A stretch of 62,681 bases of DNA, the filler included, from Craspedostauros australis (taxonomy: Eukaryota): NCBI GenBank assembly GCA_030167865.1. It is 6 parts of 6 records of this genome, joined end to end, with 100 filler letters (N's around TTAATTAATTAA, not from the genome) between each part and the next. Parts side by side here need not be neighbours in the genome. Positions count along the whole stretch, not along the records: positions 1 to 7,260 come from JALAGF010003700.1; positions 7,361 to 38,894 come from JALAGF010003701.1; 4 more parts are not named here. One strand, given 5' to 3'. Position numbers and translations under genes: made by a program. Below, in pieces: positions 1 through 10,177 of this stretch (its first letter is position 1; each line of letters begins with the position of its first letter). The notes beneath the pieces were generated by a model. It was not told the DNA's origin and made no database searches. It saw nothing but the letters and a program-made list of their open reading frames with translations.

Positions 1-750
1 CCAATCGATGTTGAGCTTGTTGATGCGCTTGTTTGACTGGAATAGCTTTGCCAAGCTATCGCGAGTGATACGGGTGGCTGGAAAGGATACTTCGGTGACG
101 CTGCAATTGTTTGGAGACAGCCATCGGCACAAATCAGCGCCCCAATTGGCAAGCTTGCAGGCGCTAAACTCAATCTGTTTCGAGTTTTGGGAGATGTTGA
201 ACATGAGGTTGTCGCAATCAACAAGATCACATGAGTACAACTTCACACGATGTGTCACAAGAGGGATATCGTGGAGCTGCTTCGTCTTCACGAAACATTG
301 AGTCAATTGGATGCCTTCGTCGAGTGAAGATTTGGGTGGATGTTCGGTAGCCAATCGAAGTACGAATCGAATCACTTGCTGATCTTCTTCTCCGAGTTGG
401 TCATCGCTGCCAAATTCCAGATGCAGGGATCGAATGCGCATTTGTCGACCGCCCTGGCGAAGCGAAACGCTCAGTAGAACACGAGGTGATACAGCAACGT
501 CCTTGTGCCGCTTCACCATCGATTCCAAGTCATCAAAAGTGAATCCTGCTTCGATGGCCCTGTCCCAGTATTCCATCCGCTTAGATGTGATGTCGCAGCA
601 TTTGACTCTCATGGGGTAGGTGTCATCCATAACGGCGATGGTCGTCTGTGACAGCTCTTTTCCATGGAGTTGTTTCCAGAAAGTCTTGAAGTCTGTATCA
701 TGGTTGGTGTTGGTATTGGTGTTGGCGACAGCATCCATGTTGCAGTTCAT
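1..750 (-). CDS. LRR/RNI-like protein, family copy A (5' part; runs off window start)
   Basis: Manual translation from ATG at 750 is open to position 1 (MNCNMDAVAN...FKTFWKQLHGKEL...LFQSNKRINKLNIDW). It is colinear with the ORFs at 4996-6402 and 43712-45031. It is missing from the ORF track because there is no stop inside the window. Confidence 0.8.
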   Translation of the reverse strand, partial: MNCNMDAVANTNTNTNHDTDFKTFWKQLHGKELSQTTIAVMDDTYPMRVKCCDITSKRMEYWDRAIEAGFTFDDLESMVKRHKDVAVSPRVLLSVSLRQGGRQMRIRSLHLEFGSDDQLGEEDQQVIRFVLRLATEHPPKSSLDEGIQLTQCFVKTKQLHDIPLVTHRVKLYSCDLVDCDNLMFNISQNSKQIEFSACKLANWGADLCRWLSPNNCSVTEVSFPATRITRDSLAKLFQSNKRINKLNIDW

Positions 751-769
751 CCTTTTCTTGTTGTCGCTG

Positions 770-1248
770 TCGATACTGTCGTCGTTATTGTTGCTGATTG
801 TTGTTGCTTGTTGCCGTTGGTGGCACGATCGTACGAGTAGAGTAGGTAGAGCTGGGAGAGCAGGCAGAGTATGTCGTCCCAAATCAGCTGCGCTTGGATG
901 GCGATTGTGAGCTCATCTGCTCAAGTTTGCCGTCCTCCATTCCATGATCCTGTGCATTGATCATGAAGCAACATGTCGTCAGTCAACACGCCTGCATGGA
1001 CTTGCGCAGTTCCACCATGGCATGGTACGACCGTGGACAGCCACATCACGATCCGAAGCTGGCTAGCTCGCTCGCTCACACGATACGACCTTCGATGGTG
1101 CCCAACTTGGCCACGCTGTGCAGTTGCGCCTCTTCATGTGATACCATTGTTTGTGTAACATGAGTATAGTACATCCCTCTGTGATGGTCTTGGGGGAGTC
1201 GACCACGATACCGCTCCGATCGATACAGTTCTTCAGCAGTTGGATGTG
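770..1248. repeat. Conserved upstream region of the LRR-like genes (shared with ~6410-6722 and ~45040-45562)
   Basis: Shared strings such as cccaaatcag..g.gcttggatggcgatt, tcatctgctc, gaccgtggacagccacatca.gatccga.gct and ctcgctc...cacgatacgac occur upstream of all three copies. The block tccctctgtgatggtcttgggggagtc is shared by copies A and C only. Confidence 0.8.
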
Positions 1249-2121
1249 TTGGGACTCCCACTCCACTGATCCATCACGGTGTCTCTTTTCGTGGTTGTCG
1301 GAGACAGTCAACGCGTTTCGCGTTTTGCCTTTTCGGTATCTTTCGTTTCTTGGACAATCGTCATTTTTCATTCCAGTTATTCGACGAATACAGTCAATCG
1401 ACTCGACTTGTCCACTCACGAATCACACCGCAACTACGACTAAAAAGAGAACACTTCGAGACCAAAACGAGACCAAATCGAGATCACAAAAGCAACACAC
1501 AACTCCTTCTCTGAACATATGTGATGTGACGATGCACAGACATCAACGGTGCTTGTGTTGACAGCATCGGAAAGGAGATCTGCCATAGTAGTTCACCCTT
1601 ACACGTACGGTACAAGTGCATGGAGTAGCAGGAGTGATCCTGCACTCATCACTATCGATCGCTATCACCATCGTCATCGTCGCTCGAGTTGGTGTCGTTG
1701 CTCCCTGGTTTCCAATCCTGCCTCCTCCGTTTTGAGAAGACAGACAGACAGAGAGAGAGAGAGACAGGTAGTCGTATCACTCATAAAAGCAGAGAACAAG
1801 AACAACACAATTCCCAAGGACGTCGATCGAAACTATTCTACAGGTGTGTATGGTGTCGATTGCGGAAGATAAGATACGGATACGATACACATGGCGCGTC
1901 TGTGATCACCACGTTGTGGGTGAATGCACTGTTGTGTTGAAAGCACCGTTGATCGATCGACTGGATCAGTGAAATCCGTTTTCCATCATTGCAATCGACG
2001 ATCACCACTCACTCATCCTCATCTCGTCATTATCACTCACTTGCTGGAAGCAAACCAGCATTCGATCAACCAATCAATCGAACAACCAATCAATCGAATA
2101 AACAAAAACCACACGCACACC

Positions 2122-2967
2122 ATGATCCTCTCATCAGCTGCAATGAAGGTCATCCTATTGACGGGCGCTACCGATGGCATTGGATACGAAACAGCCAAAC
2201 GCCTTGTGCAACAAGGTCACAACGTGCTACTGCATGGACGCAGCATGAACAAGCTGCACAAGATGATGGCCACCACGCCATTCTCCGAAAACAAGGACCG
2301 TGTCGAGACGTACGCATGCGATCTGTCCCACCTCAAGGAGATTCGCGACTTCACCTCTGCCATCCAATCCAACCACGACAACGTGGACGTCATCATCAAC
2401 AACGCGGGCGTCTTCAAAATCTCCGACACAAAGACCGTCGACGGCTTGGACGCGCGCTTCGCCGTCAACACGATCGCGCCCTACATGATCACGCAGCATT
2501 TGATGCCGCAGCTGCAGCATGACAGCGAGAGCCGATCGCGCGTCGTCAATGTGTCTTCGGCCGCGCAGGCTCCTGTTCACTTGGCGTCGATGCAAGCGCA
2601 CACGGGACGCATGGACGATTCGCAGGCCTACGCACAAAGCAAATTGGCCATCACGATGTGGACCACGCATTTGTCGCAACCCGGCCACGCCACGTTTCCC
2701 ATGATGGTCTCCGTCAATCCAGCGTCGCTGCTGGGTTCCAAGATGGTCAAGAGCGCGTACGGCATCAATGGCAAGGACCTTGGCATTGGTGCTGACATCT
2801 TCGTGCGCGCTGCGCTGTCGGAGGAGTTCGAGTCCGCCGATGGCAAGTACTACAACAACGATGCTGGGAAATTCGATTCGCCGCATCCTGATGGATTGAA
2901 CAGCAAGAAGTGTGCGGCGTTGGTGGATTGCATGGAGGGCATCTTGGATCGGTTGGAGCTGAATTGA
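2122..2967 (+). CDS. Short-chain dehydrogenase/reductase (classical SDR), intronless
   Basis: TGATDGIG Rossmann motif, NNAG, VNVSS and catalytic YAQSK (YxxxK). Likely start MILSSAAMKV at 2122. Confidence 0.92.
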   Translation: MILSSAAMKVILLTGATDGIGYETAKRLVQQGHNVLLHGRSMNKLHKMMATTPFSENKDRVETYACDLSHLKEIRDFTSAIQSNHDNVDVIINNAGVFKISDTKTVDGLDARFAVNTIAPYMITQHLMPQLQHDSESRSRVVNVSSAAQAPVHLASMQAHTGRMDDSQAYAQSKLAITMWTTHLSQPGHATFPMMVSVNPASLLGSKMVKSAYGINGKDLGIGADIFVRAALSEEFESADGKYYNNDAGKFDSPHPDGLNSKKCAALVDCMEGILDRLELN

Positions 2968-3573
2968 ATACAGACGATCGAATGGAGATGAAGAGGAATG
3001 GATAGCAGAGATGGAATGAGTACCGGTACCACAGCTCGAACTGTACGTACGACTACCATATGGTATGTCATCGCATTTGTTTGGTTGAGGCAAGCAACAA
3101 CTACACAAACACATCTTCTCCTAGTTTGAGTATCGAGTCATGGATAGACTCGTGTTTCGGATCATCCCTAGCATTGAAATATCGGAAATGATTGTGTCAT
3201 CACTGTTTTGTATGTGATCTTGTGTGATTGACCGCTAGGAATGATATCAGTTTTCCAAACGTGTGTCCCAACCGCACAAACACGCACACAATTGATTGCG
3301 CGTGTGTGGTCACAAGAAAAGATACTTTGTGCCTTTCATTTGTCGTTGGCATTTTGTGCGCAAGGGGATCGTTCGTCGTCATCGTCATCGTCGTTCCCAT
3401 GGGTGAGTGTTGCTTTGTGGTGTTCTTGGTGTGTCTTCCTTCAAAGGAAGGATTGGCGACAACGAACTCACTGTCATCCCCGTCATCCCCGCTATCCTCA
3501 TGCCAACACAGAAGCGATGCAGTAGCAGTCACAGCAACAGCAATGGGAGTGGGAGGGGAGTGGGAACCACCAA

Positions 3574-4780
3574 CCAATACGGAAGCATGCCGTGATTGGC
3601 AGTGGCATCGCCGGTCTCTCTTTGGCGCATGCTTTCGAGAAATGACGACAACGGCGGCATGGAGGCATGGCTGTGCTGAAGCAGATCTCTCCGTCTCTGT
3701 CCCCATCACTGTGGCGTTCGGTGGCCGATGTCGCGCTGCCATCGACGACCGTGAGATCCAAGACCACCAGCTGGATCCCATCCAGACAGATGATCATGAA
3801 TGCGGAGTGACACCACGACGAAAGTGCTGATCCAGGAGGACGGTGAAGTCATGGCGTACCATACTCCTTCATGCGAGGAGAGCTGCAGGAGACGCTGCAG
3901 GAGGTGCTGCTGGAGGAGCTGAAGACGACGCCCGTGCATCTCGGCAAGCAGGTGGTGAATGTGGAATATGAAAAGACAGAGGAGCGAGATGCCATCCATC
4001 TTGCATTTGAAGATGGAACGAGGGAAGGGCCGTGCTAGTACGATATGGTGGAGGGCTGTGATGGTGTCAACAACGTCATCAAACAGTACATCAACGGTGA
4101 TGCGCGGTCGCCATCAGACAACCAACGCAATTCGCCAGCTGTGTACACTGGCATCCGCATCCAGCACGCCATCCAGGATGTCGCCAAAGAGGACAGCGAT
4201 AGTAGCAACAGTGGCAGTAGCAACGACGAAAGGAGCAAAATGACACGAGATTCCATCCTGCAGCAACACTTTGGCAACGGCGCCTGCTGCCTCACTGGCA
4301 ACAACGGTGACGGTATCAATCGTGATACCACCCAATGCTGCTCCATCATCTTCCGCAACGCCTTGCCCTTCTCCAAGCCCATCGTCAGCAAGGAGGATGA
4401 GAACGTCGCTTGGAAGGCATCATCCAAGGCCGAGCGCATCCAGCAGCAGATGCGACAGCAGATCGATGATGACAAGATCCCCACGCACACCACAAGGCCC
4501 ATCATCGATCGACTCATCGACAAGGCCGATCGTTTCTTCGAGTTGGGGGTCTACTTCCACAATCCCTTTGTGATGGGCCAAGGCGATGGTGGCCACCAAC
4601 GGAAATCGCAACTGAAATCGCAATCGCGACTGCAACTGCAATGGAAGCACTTGCAAAGACGTAGATGCGGTTCTTCTTCACCATGGACAAGACGGGCGTT
4701 GCGAAGAAGATCTTTCTGGATGCTGCCGTGCCGAGGGTATGAGAATGTATGGAGCGGTGTGAAATCGCGTTGTGGTGCAG
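3574..4780 (+). pseudogene. FAD-dependent monooxygenase (UbiH/zeaxanthin epoxidase/salicylate hydroxylase-like) pseudogene, copy 1
   Basis: VIGSGIAGLSLAHAF (GxGxxG) is followed by TGA. The GCDGVN (DG) motif lies in a later segment. There are frameshifts, an internal deletion relative to the 46.2-kb copy, and an in-frame TAG at 4036-4038. The 3' limit is approximate. Confidence 0.8.
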
Positions 4781-4995
4781 ATAGGTTCTGTGGTCGCTTT
4801 CGCTTGTTCTTAATAGACATTCCAGACTTCTCACCAACCACAGTTCGCAATCACAATCACCCAACCATCTCCCTTGTTCCATCCTACTCATACAACAACA
4901 CACTCACATGCACCAGAGTATCAATGCTGTCTTTCATGCGCTGTTCTAATTACTCTACGACCAGAGTACTCCAAGGCAACGCAGGATCGCATCAA

Positions 4996-6402
4996 TCATC
5001 GATGTGTCTTTCTTTTCACATTGCGGGCAGAAGCACCATCAACTCGGATGAGCCGATCCGCTCTCTTGTCATCCCATGCCTGTTTCAACGTCTCACTGCC
5101 CTGCAACAGAAGATGGAAAGTCTCGCTCATGGGATCCATTGTCCCCATGAGACCCAGCGCATGCATTGTACCCCGACGTTTGCTTGTTTTCATCAGCGTC
5201 TCCCCAAACAGGGCCAGCGGCCGCGACCATGTCTGAAGGGAACACAGTACTGCTCTCACCTTATTGCGATGATTCCGCCTCAAGATACGTGCAACAAACG
5301 CGTTGTACCAATGGGCATGTTTGCCAGGCGGGCGTGGATCAATGTGGAGATGGGTGAGTTGGGTAGTCTGCTCCAAGGCTTGCTCAAGTGCTTCCATTTG
5401 TGCCGAGAGGGTCTCAGACGGAATCGTAGACATGTCAGGACTTCCAGAGTGACAGTATATGAGAGATGACAAGCTCTTGTTTCCCAGGAGTGATACCAAA
5501 ATGGCGAACCATGTATCCTGCTCTTGTCGCAATGACCCGTACCAACGATTGCAAACCTCTAGCTTCTTCAGGTGTGATGCATCTGAAAGGAGTTTGATGA
5601 TCAGGTCGATTTCTTGTTGTGAATAGATATGTTGGGCGTCCTTGAACCAAAGCCAAATGATGTTGAGCTTGTTGATGCGCTTGTTTGACTGGAGTAGCTT
5701 TGCCAAGCTATCGTAAGTGACACGGGTGCGGCAAAAGGATACTTCGGTGATTCTGCAATTGTGTGGAGACAGCCATCTACACAAATCAGCGCCCCCATTG
5801 ACGAGCTTACAATTTCGAAACCAAACCCATTTCGAGTTTTGGGAGATGTTGAGCATGAGCTTATCGCAATCAACAAGATTACATGAATCCAACCACACAC
5901 AATGTGCCACAAGAGGGATATCATGCAGCTGCTTCATCTCCACGAAGCATTGAGTCAACCGGATGCCTTTGTCGAATGGAGATTTAAGTGGGTGTTCGGC
6001 AGCCAATCGAAGTACGAAGCGAATCGCTTGCTTGTCTTCTTCTCCGAATTGGTCCTTGGTGCCGAATTCCAGATTCAGGGATCGAATACGCATCAACCTG
6101 CGGCCCTCGGGAAACGAATTGCTCAACAGAACATGATGTGATAAAGCAATGTGCTTGTGCTGCTCCACCATCGATTCCAAGTCAGCAAATGTGAATCCTG
6201 CTTCGATGGCCATGTCCCAATGTTCCATCCGCTTGGGTGTGACACTATAGCAGTGGATCTGCTGTCTTGGATGAGTCTGCAGATTGAACACGGTCTTCGG
6301 TGACAGCTCTTTGCCATGGAGTTGTTTCCAGAAAGTCTTGAAGTCCGGATCATGGTTGGTCTTGGTATTGGTGTTGGCGACAGCATCCATGTTACGGTTC
6401 AT
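4996..6402 (-). CDS. LRR/RNI-like protein, family copy B
   Basis: Intronless ORF with recurring LxxLxL-type strands (IRSLNLEF, ITEVSF, INKLNI, LKKLEV, LSSLIY, LTHLHI) and ALEQTTQLTHL..LRRNHRNK near the C-terminus, which resembles diatom RNI-like LRR proteins. Start taken at MNRNMDAV to match the paralogs. Confidence 0.8.
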   Translation of the reverse strand: MNRNMDAVANTNTKTNHDPDFKTFWKQLHGKELSPKTVFNLQTHPRQQIHCYSVTPKRMEHWDMAIEAGFTFADLESMVEQHKHIALSHHVLLSNSFPEGRRLMRIRSLNLEFGTKDQFGEEDKQAIRFVLRLAAEHPLKSPFDKGIRLTQCFVEMKQLHDIPLVAHCVWLDSCNLVDCDKLMLNISQNSKWVWFRNCKLVNGGADLCRWLSPHNCRITEVSFCRTRVTYDSLAKLLQSNKRINKLNIIWLWFKDAQHIYSQQEIDLIIKLLSDASHLKKLEVCNRWYGSLRQEQDTWFAILVSLLGNKSLSSLIYCHSGSPDMSTIPSETLSAQMEALEQALEQTTQLTHLHIDPRPPGKHAHWYNAFVARILRRNHRNKVRAVLCSLQTWSRPLALFGETLMKTSKRRGTMHALGLMGTMDPMSETFHLLLQGSETLKQAWDDKRADRLIRVDGASARNVKRKTHR

Positions 6403-7260
6403 CCTTTTCTTGTTGTCGCTGTTGTTGCTGTTGGTGGTCGTACCTGTTGCTGATTGTTGGTGGTGGTGGTCCAATCGTACGAGTAGAGCTGGTAGAGTGT
6501 GTCGTCCCAAATCAGTTGAGCTTGGATGGCGATTATGATCTCATCTGCTCAAGTTTGCTGTCCTCCATTTCATGATCCTGTGCATTGATCATGAAGCAAC
6601 GTGTCGTCAGTCAACACGCCTGCATGGACTTGCGCAGTTCCACCATGGCATGCTACGACCGTGGACAGCCACATCATGATCCGAGGCTAGCAAGCTCGCT
6701 CACTCGCTCGCACGATACGACCTTGTCGGAATCGGTTTTGTGCCGACCATCAATCCATTTTGTGAGCGCATGAAACCACGACTGGCAACGCGTGACTCGA
6801 ATCCGAACATCAGATCCGAACCACGAACCCGAACATCGATTGAGCAAACACAAAACAACAAAAACAACAATCGGCCAATTCGCGCCAAAACGCACTCAAC
6901 CAGGACCTTCCATCAGCAACCTGTGCGCTGAGAAGGTGCCTTGCACATCCAACGCATGGTCCGTTCGTGGGACCATGCCCTAAGTGCTAAGCTTCGTACG
7001 GATGGCAACGCAACAAAGAAGTCGTTCGTCTATCTAAGTTCGTTCATGGAGCGTTATCCCGTCAAGGGCATCTTGCTGAACTCAACAAACTTCGGCCAGC
7101 GAAATATTCCCAATCTCGCTCCATCTCGATCAACAGCTCCCTCTCTCTCTGTCTGCTCGCAATCACTCGCACAGCACCTCGATACACCGCAATGAACCTC
7201 ACTATGCATCCCGCACCTCAAGCAACTAATCATAAATCACTCGTTATCAGATTACAAGAG

Positions 7261-7360
7261 NNNNNNNNNNNNNNNNNNNNNNNNNNNNNNNNNNNNNNNN
7301 NNNNTTAATTAATTAANNNNNNNNNNNNNNNNNNNNNNNNNNNNNNNNNNNNNNNNNNNN
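7261..7360. other. Artificial contig linker (N44-TTAATTAATTAA-N44)
   Basis: Identical 100-nt spacer with six-frame stops occurs five times in the window. Confidence 0.98.
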
Positions 7361-7414
7361 GAGAACAGACGATCGAAGATGAAGGCGAGACAGACTGCTT
7401 GGCCAACGTGCAAA

Positions 7415-10177
7415 TCACATGATGGAACATGCGCACTTGGCCTCCACTTCCTCCGGCTGGTTTCTGGCAATGCTAGCATGCTTGTGTGCGATGGGGCCTT
7501 GGGATGAAATCGAATGATCAACGGATGGAATTGGCTCATCAACAGCCTCCCCCTTCTGCGTCGACTGGCTAGCAGCGCCTGTGTAAAGCCACACGGCTGG
7601 TTTCAACGCACCAAGCAGATGGGAAGGGTCCGCCGATCCTGGCACTTCATCCAACCCTTCGGTGATGCAATCGATGACTTCATCGGGATGGACGTACCAT
7701 CGCAAGTGCTCGAAGGCCGGATCCAGCGTTTGGTTGGCGCCACCGTCGCCAACCTCAAGTCCCTTGGAGAGCTTCGCGTACTCCGAGAGCCGAACGGAAT
7801 CACGCCTTGCCATGGCAAGAAGACGGTCTGCCATCCCCATGGTTTGCTTGAGCACATCGGACCAGGATGGTGGTGACGATGGCGAACAATCGCACCCCTT
7901 TGCCTGCGTTTGCGTGGACGCTCCCATCGTGAAGTCAGCCAAGGTGTGGGTCGAGCTGTTGCCACCTTGCATCACATCGCCGCTGGCGTGTCGCCAGATG
8001 CCGGTTCGAAGATTGCATCGGTACTGTGGCAGGAACATCCATCCGTGATGGGCAACCCATTGGATGGCTTGGATGACGTAGTCCACCTGGACCGACGACA
8101 ATCCCTTGAAAGGCAGCGACAGCCTTGTGAATCCTGGTCGCAGCAGCTCGGCCCCTCCGTCGGCAGATATCAAGGCCGCTTCAACTGGATCGTCCGTGTC
8201 GACAGGGCAGCAGATGCGTCCCATGCCATGGCCGTTTGGCATCCCGAGGAGCTCCTGGGCGTACGGTCCTGCGCACTGGCAACCTCCACGGGACTGGATG
8301 CCAAATACATCGTTCAGCAGAGCTGACACGAAGTTGTAGTGCAGGAAGCGCGGCCCGCACTTGATGAGGAAGGAGAAGATGGGAAGATGCTTCACGGACG
8401 GGTCGAGGCTGTCATTGACGAGCACCACGTTCGGGATCTTGCGAAGTTCTGCGGCGACCTTGTTGAACGTGGCGAACTCGTACTTCGCCACGGTGGCAGG
8501 GACGGCACTGACGACGCCAGCCGCGTTCTGCTCAGCGGCGAGCTGCTCGTACTTGGTCTCAACTTGGTGTTTCAGGAGCATGGCAAGGCCCACCCTCCAG
8601 ATCCCGACCACGTTTGGCGTCCCACCCTCGTACTTCTCGATGGGGTTGGGGAGGTAGTGATGGCCAGTGGGAGTGACGTAAAACACAGTACCTCCTCCGG
8701 TTCGTCTTGGCCCGCGGCTCGGCTGGAGCAGGGCTTTCTTCAAGATGAGAACGCCTGGAGTGCCGATGCCCCCGATCGTCTTGTGCGGGGCAAAGAAGAT
8801 GGCATCCTTGGCCACAGCAGCAGGCCTGGATGCGAACCTTTCGTCATCGGTCGGGTTCATGTTCATGTGCAGGTACGGAGCGGCTGTGGAGTAATCCCAA
8901 AACGAAAGAGCTCCGTACTTGTGAAGCATGGCCGTCACGGCGTTGGTATCCGTTACGATTCCGGATATGTTGGATGCTGCCGTGAAGGTACCGATCTTGA
9001 GGGCCTTGTGATTTTTATGCTCCTGCAGCAACTGCTCCAATGCAACCATATCGATCTGGCCCCGATCTCCGGGTACGATGATGATATGAGCACCCGATTC
9101 ACGCCATGGAAGAAGGTTGGAATGATGCTCGAATGGCCCGATGAAGACAATCGGGCAGTCTGCGTCAACTTGCATCGGGATCGCTGCATTGTTGCGGCTG
9201 CTGTTGTTCTTCTGCTTGCGCTTGTGGTTCTGCATTTGATTCGCACCAGAGGATGCAGCTTTCTTATACTCGTGCAATCCTAGGCAATCAAGCAAAAGAT
9301 CCACGGCACCTGTTGCCCCACTTCCACTGCGAATGGTAACATCGCGTTATACAAGTGGGCAGGTACGCAATGAAGGTCGGCAAGAGAAGGAATGAAGGAA
9401 GGAGGGGAATGATTTGAAGCACGCATGGTGCGCAGATACGAATCCAACAGGTGTGAGAGCGCCACAACGAAGATGGTCAACAATCTGCAACAAGCTCTGC
9501 TTCTCTTTTATGTTCGCCCTCCACTTGGGCAAGCCTGTGATCGTGACCTGCACCTTCCGCTTCAAGCCAGAATGGGTTGTAACGCGAACAATCAACTCCA
9601 GCATGGATAGATAGGTGGATAGATGCAAGACAATCACAACAACTTACGCAAACAGGACGAGATCGTCACTGCTCCCGCCTTCGATGTTGGCATTCACGGC
9701 CTCTCCCACAATCTTACGCGCCTCGGCGCAGCGAGCTGTTGAGGTTGACCCGGTGATGGATGTCATGGTGTGCGTGTTGCCGTAGTACGGGAGACATGTG
9801 CTCTGCAAGTAACTCTCGATGGACTTCAAGGGACGGTTGGATGCCGTCTGATCGCAGTAGACGAGAGGCAGCGAGACCTTGCAGTCTTGGGATGGCTCAT
9901 CGAAGGGTGACCAGTACATCGTGGGCCCGGATGACGCTGAGCCGGTGGCGGCCTCAGCATCGGCGGCAACGAAGCTCCTCAAGTCTTCCACCGTCGTTGT
10001 ATCGGTCAGTGTTTTGGGGACGGCTGCGGGCACGTTAACTGTGGTGTGCGTGATAGGTGCTGGCACATGCTGAATGATCTGTGCTGAGATTGACTGCTCA
10101 TCCTGAGGCTCGTCGAAGGAGGGGTCCAGGTCGCGGAGACTACCCTGCTTTGTTTCTTCTAAATTGTTGGGCGCCAT
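7415..10177 (-). CDS. PLP-dependent class V aminotransferase / cysteine desulfurase-like protein; exons 10177-9648 and 9326-7415
   Basis: YCDQTAS and YGNTHT in exon 1. A GTAAGT..CAG intron (9647-9327) joins VLFA|GSGATGAV in frame. EHHSNLLPW, FWDY, PLP-lysine motif APHK, YEGGTP and the RGGCQCAGPY cysteine loop are present. Confidence 0.9.

Noticed and set aside
4045..5469. 474-aa plus-strand ORF as an intact gene
   Set aside because: The first part is a monooxygenase pseudogene fragment lacking its FAD-binding N-terminus. The rest is read-through into spacer and the antisense of LRR copy B.
4996..6402. Diversity-generating retroelement as the cause of LRR variability
   Set aside because: No reverse transcriptase or template/variable repeat pair is present. 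Differences are not restricted to adenines and are spread along the gene.
7261..7360. TTAATTAATTAA palindrome inside N-runs (five times) as a biological repeat or recombination site
   Set aside because: It is an invariant 100-nt six-frame-stop spacer added in assembly. Adjacency and orientation across it carry no information, and ORFs ending in X-runs are artefacts.
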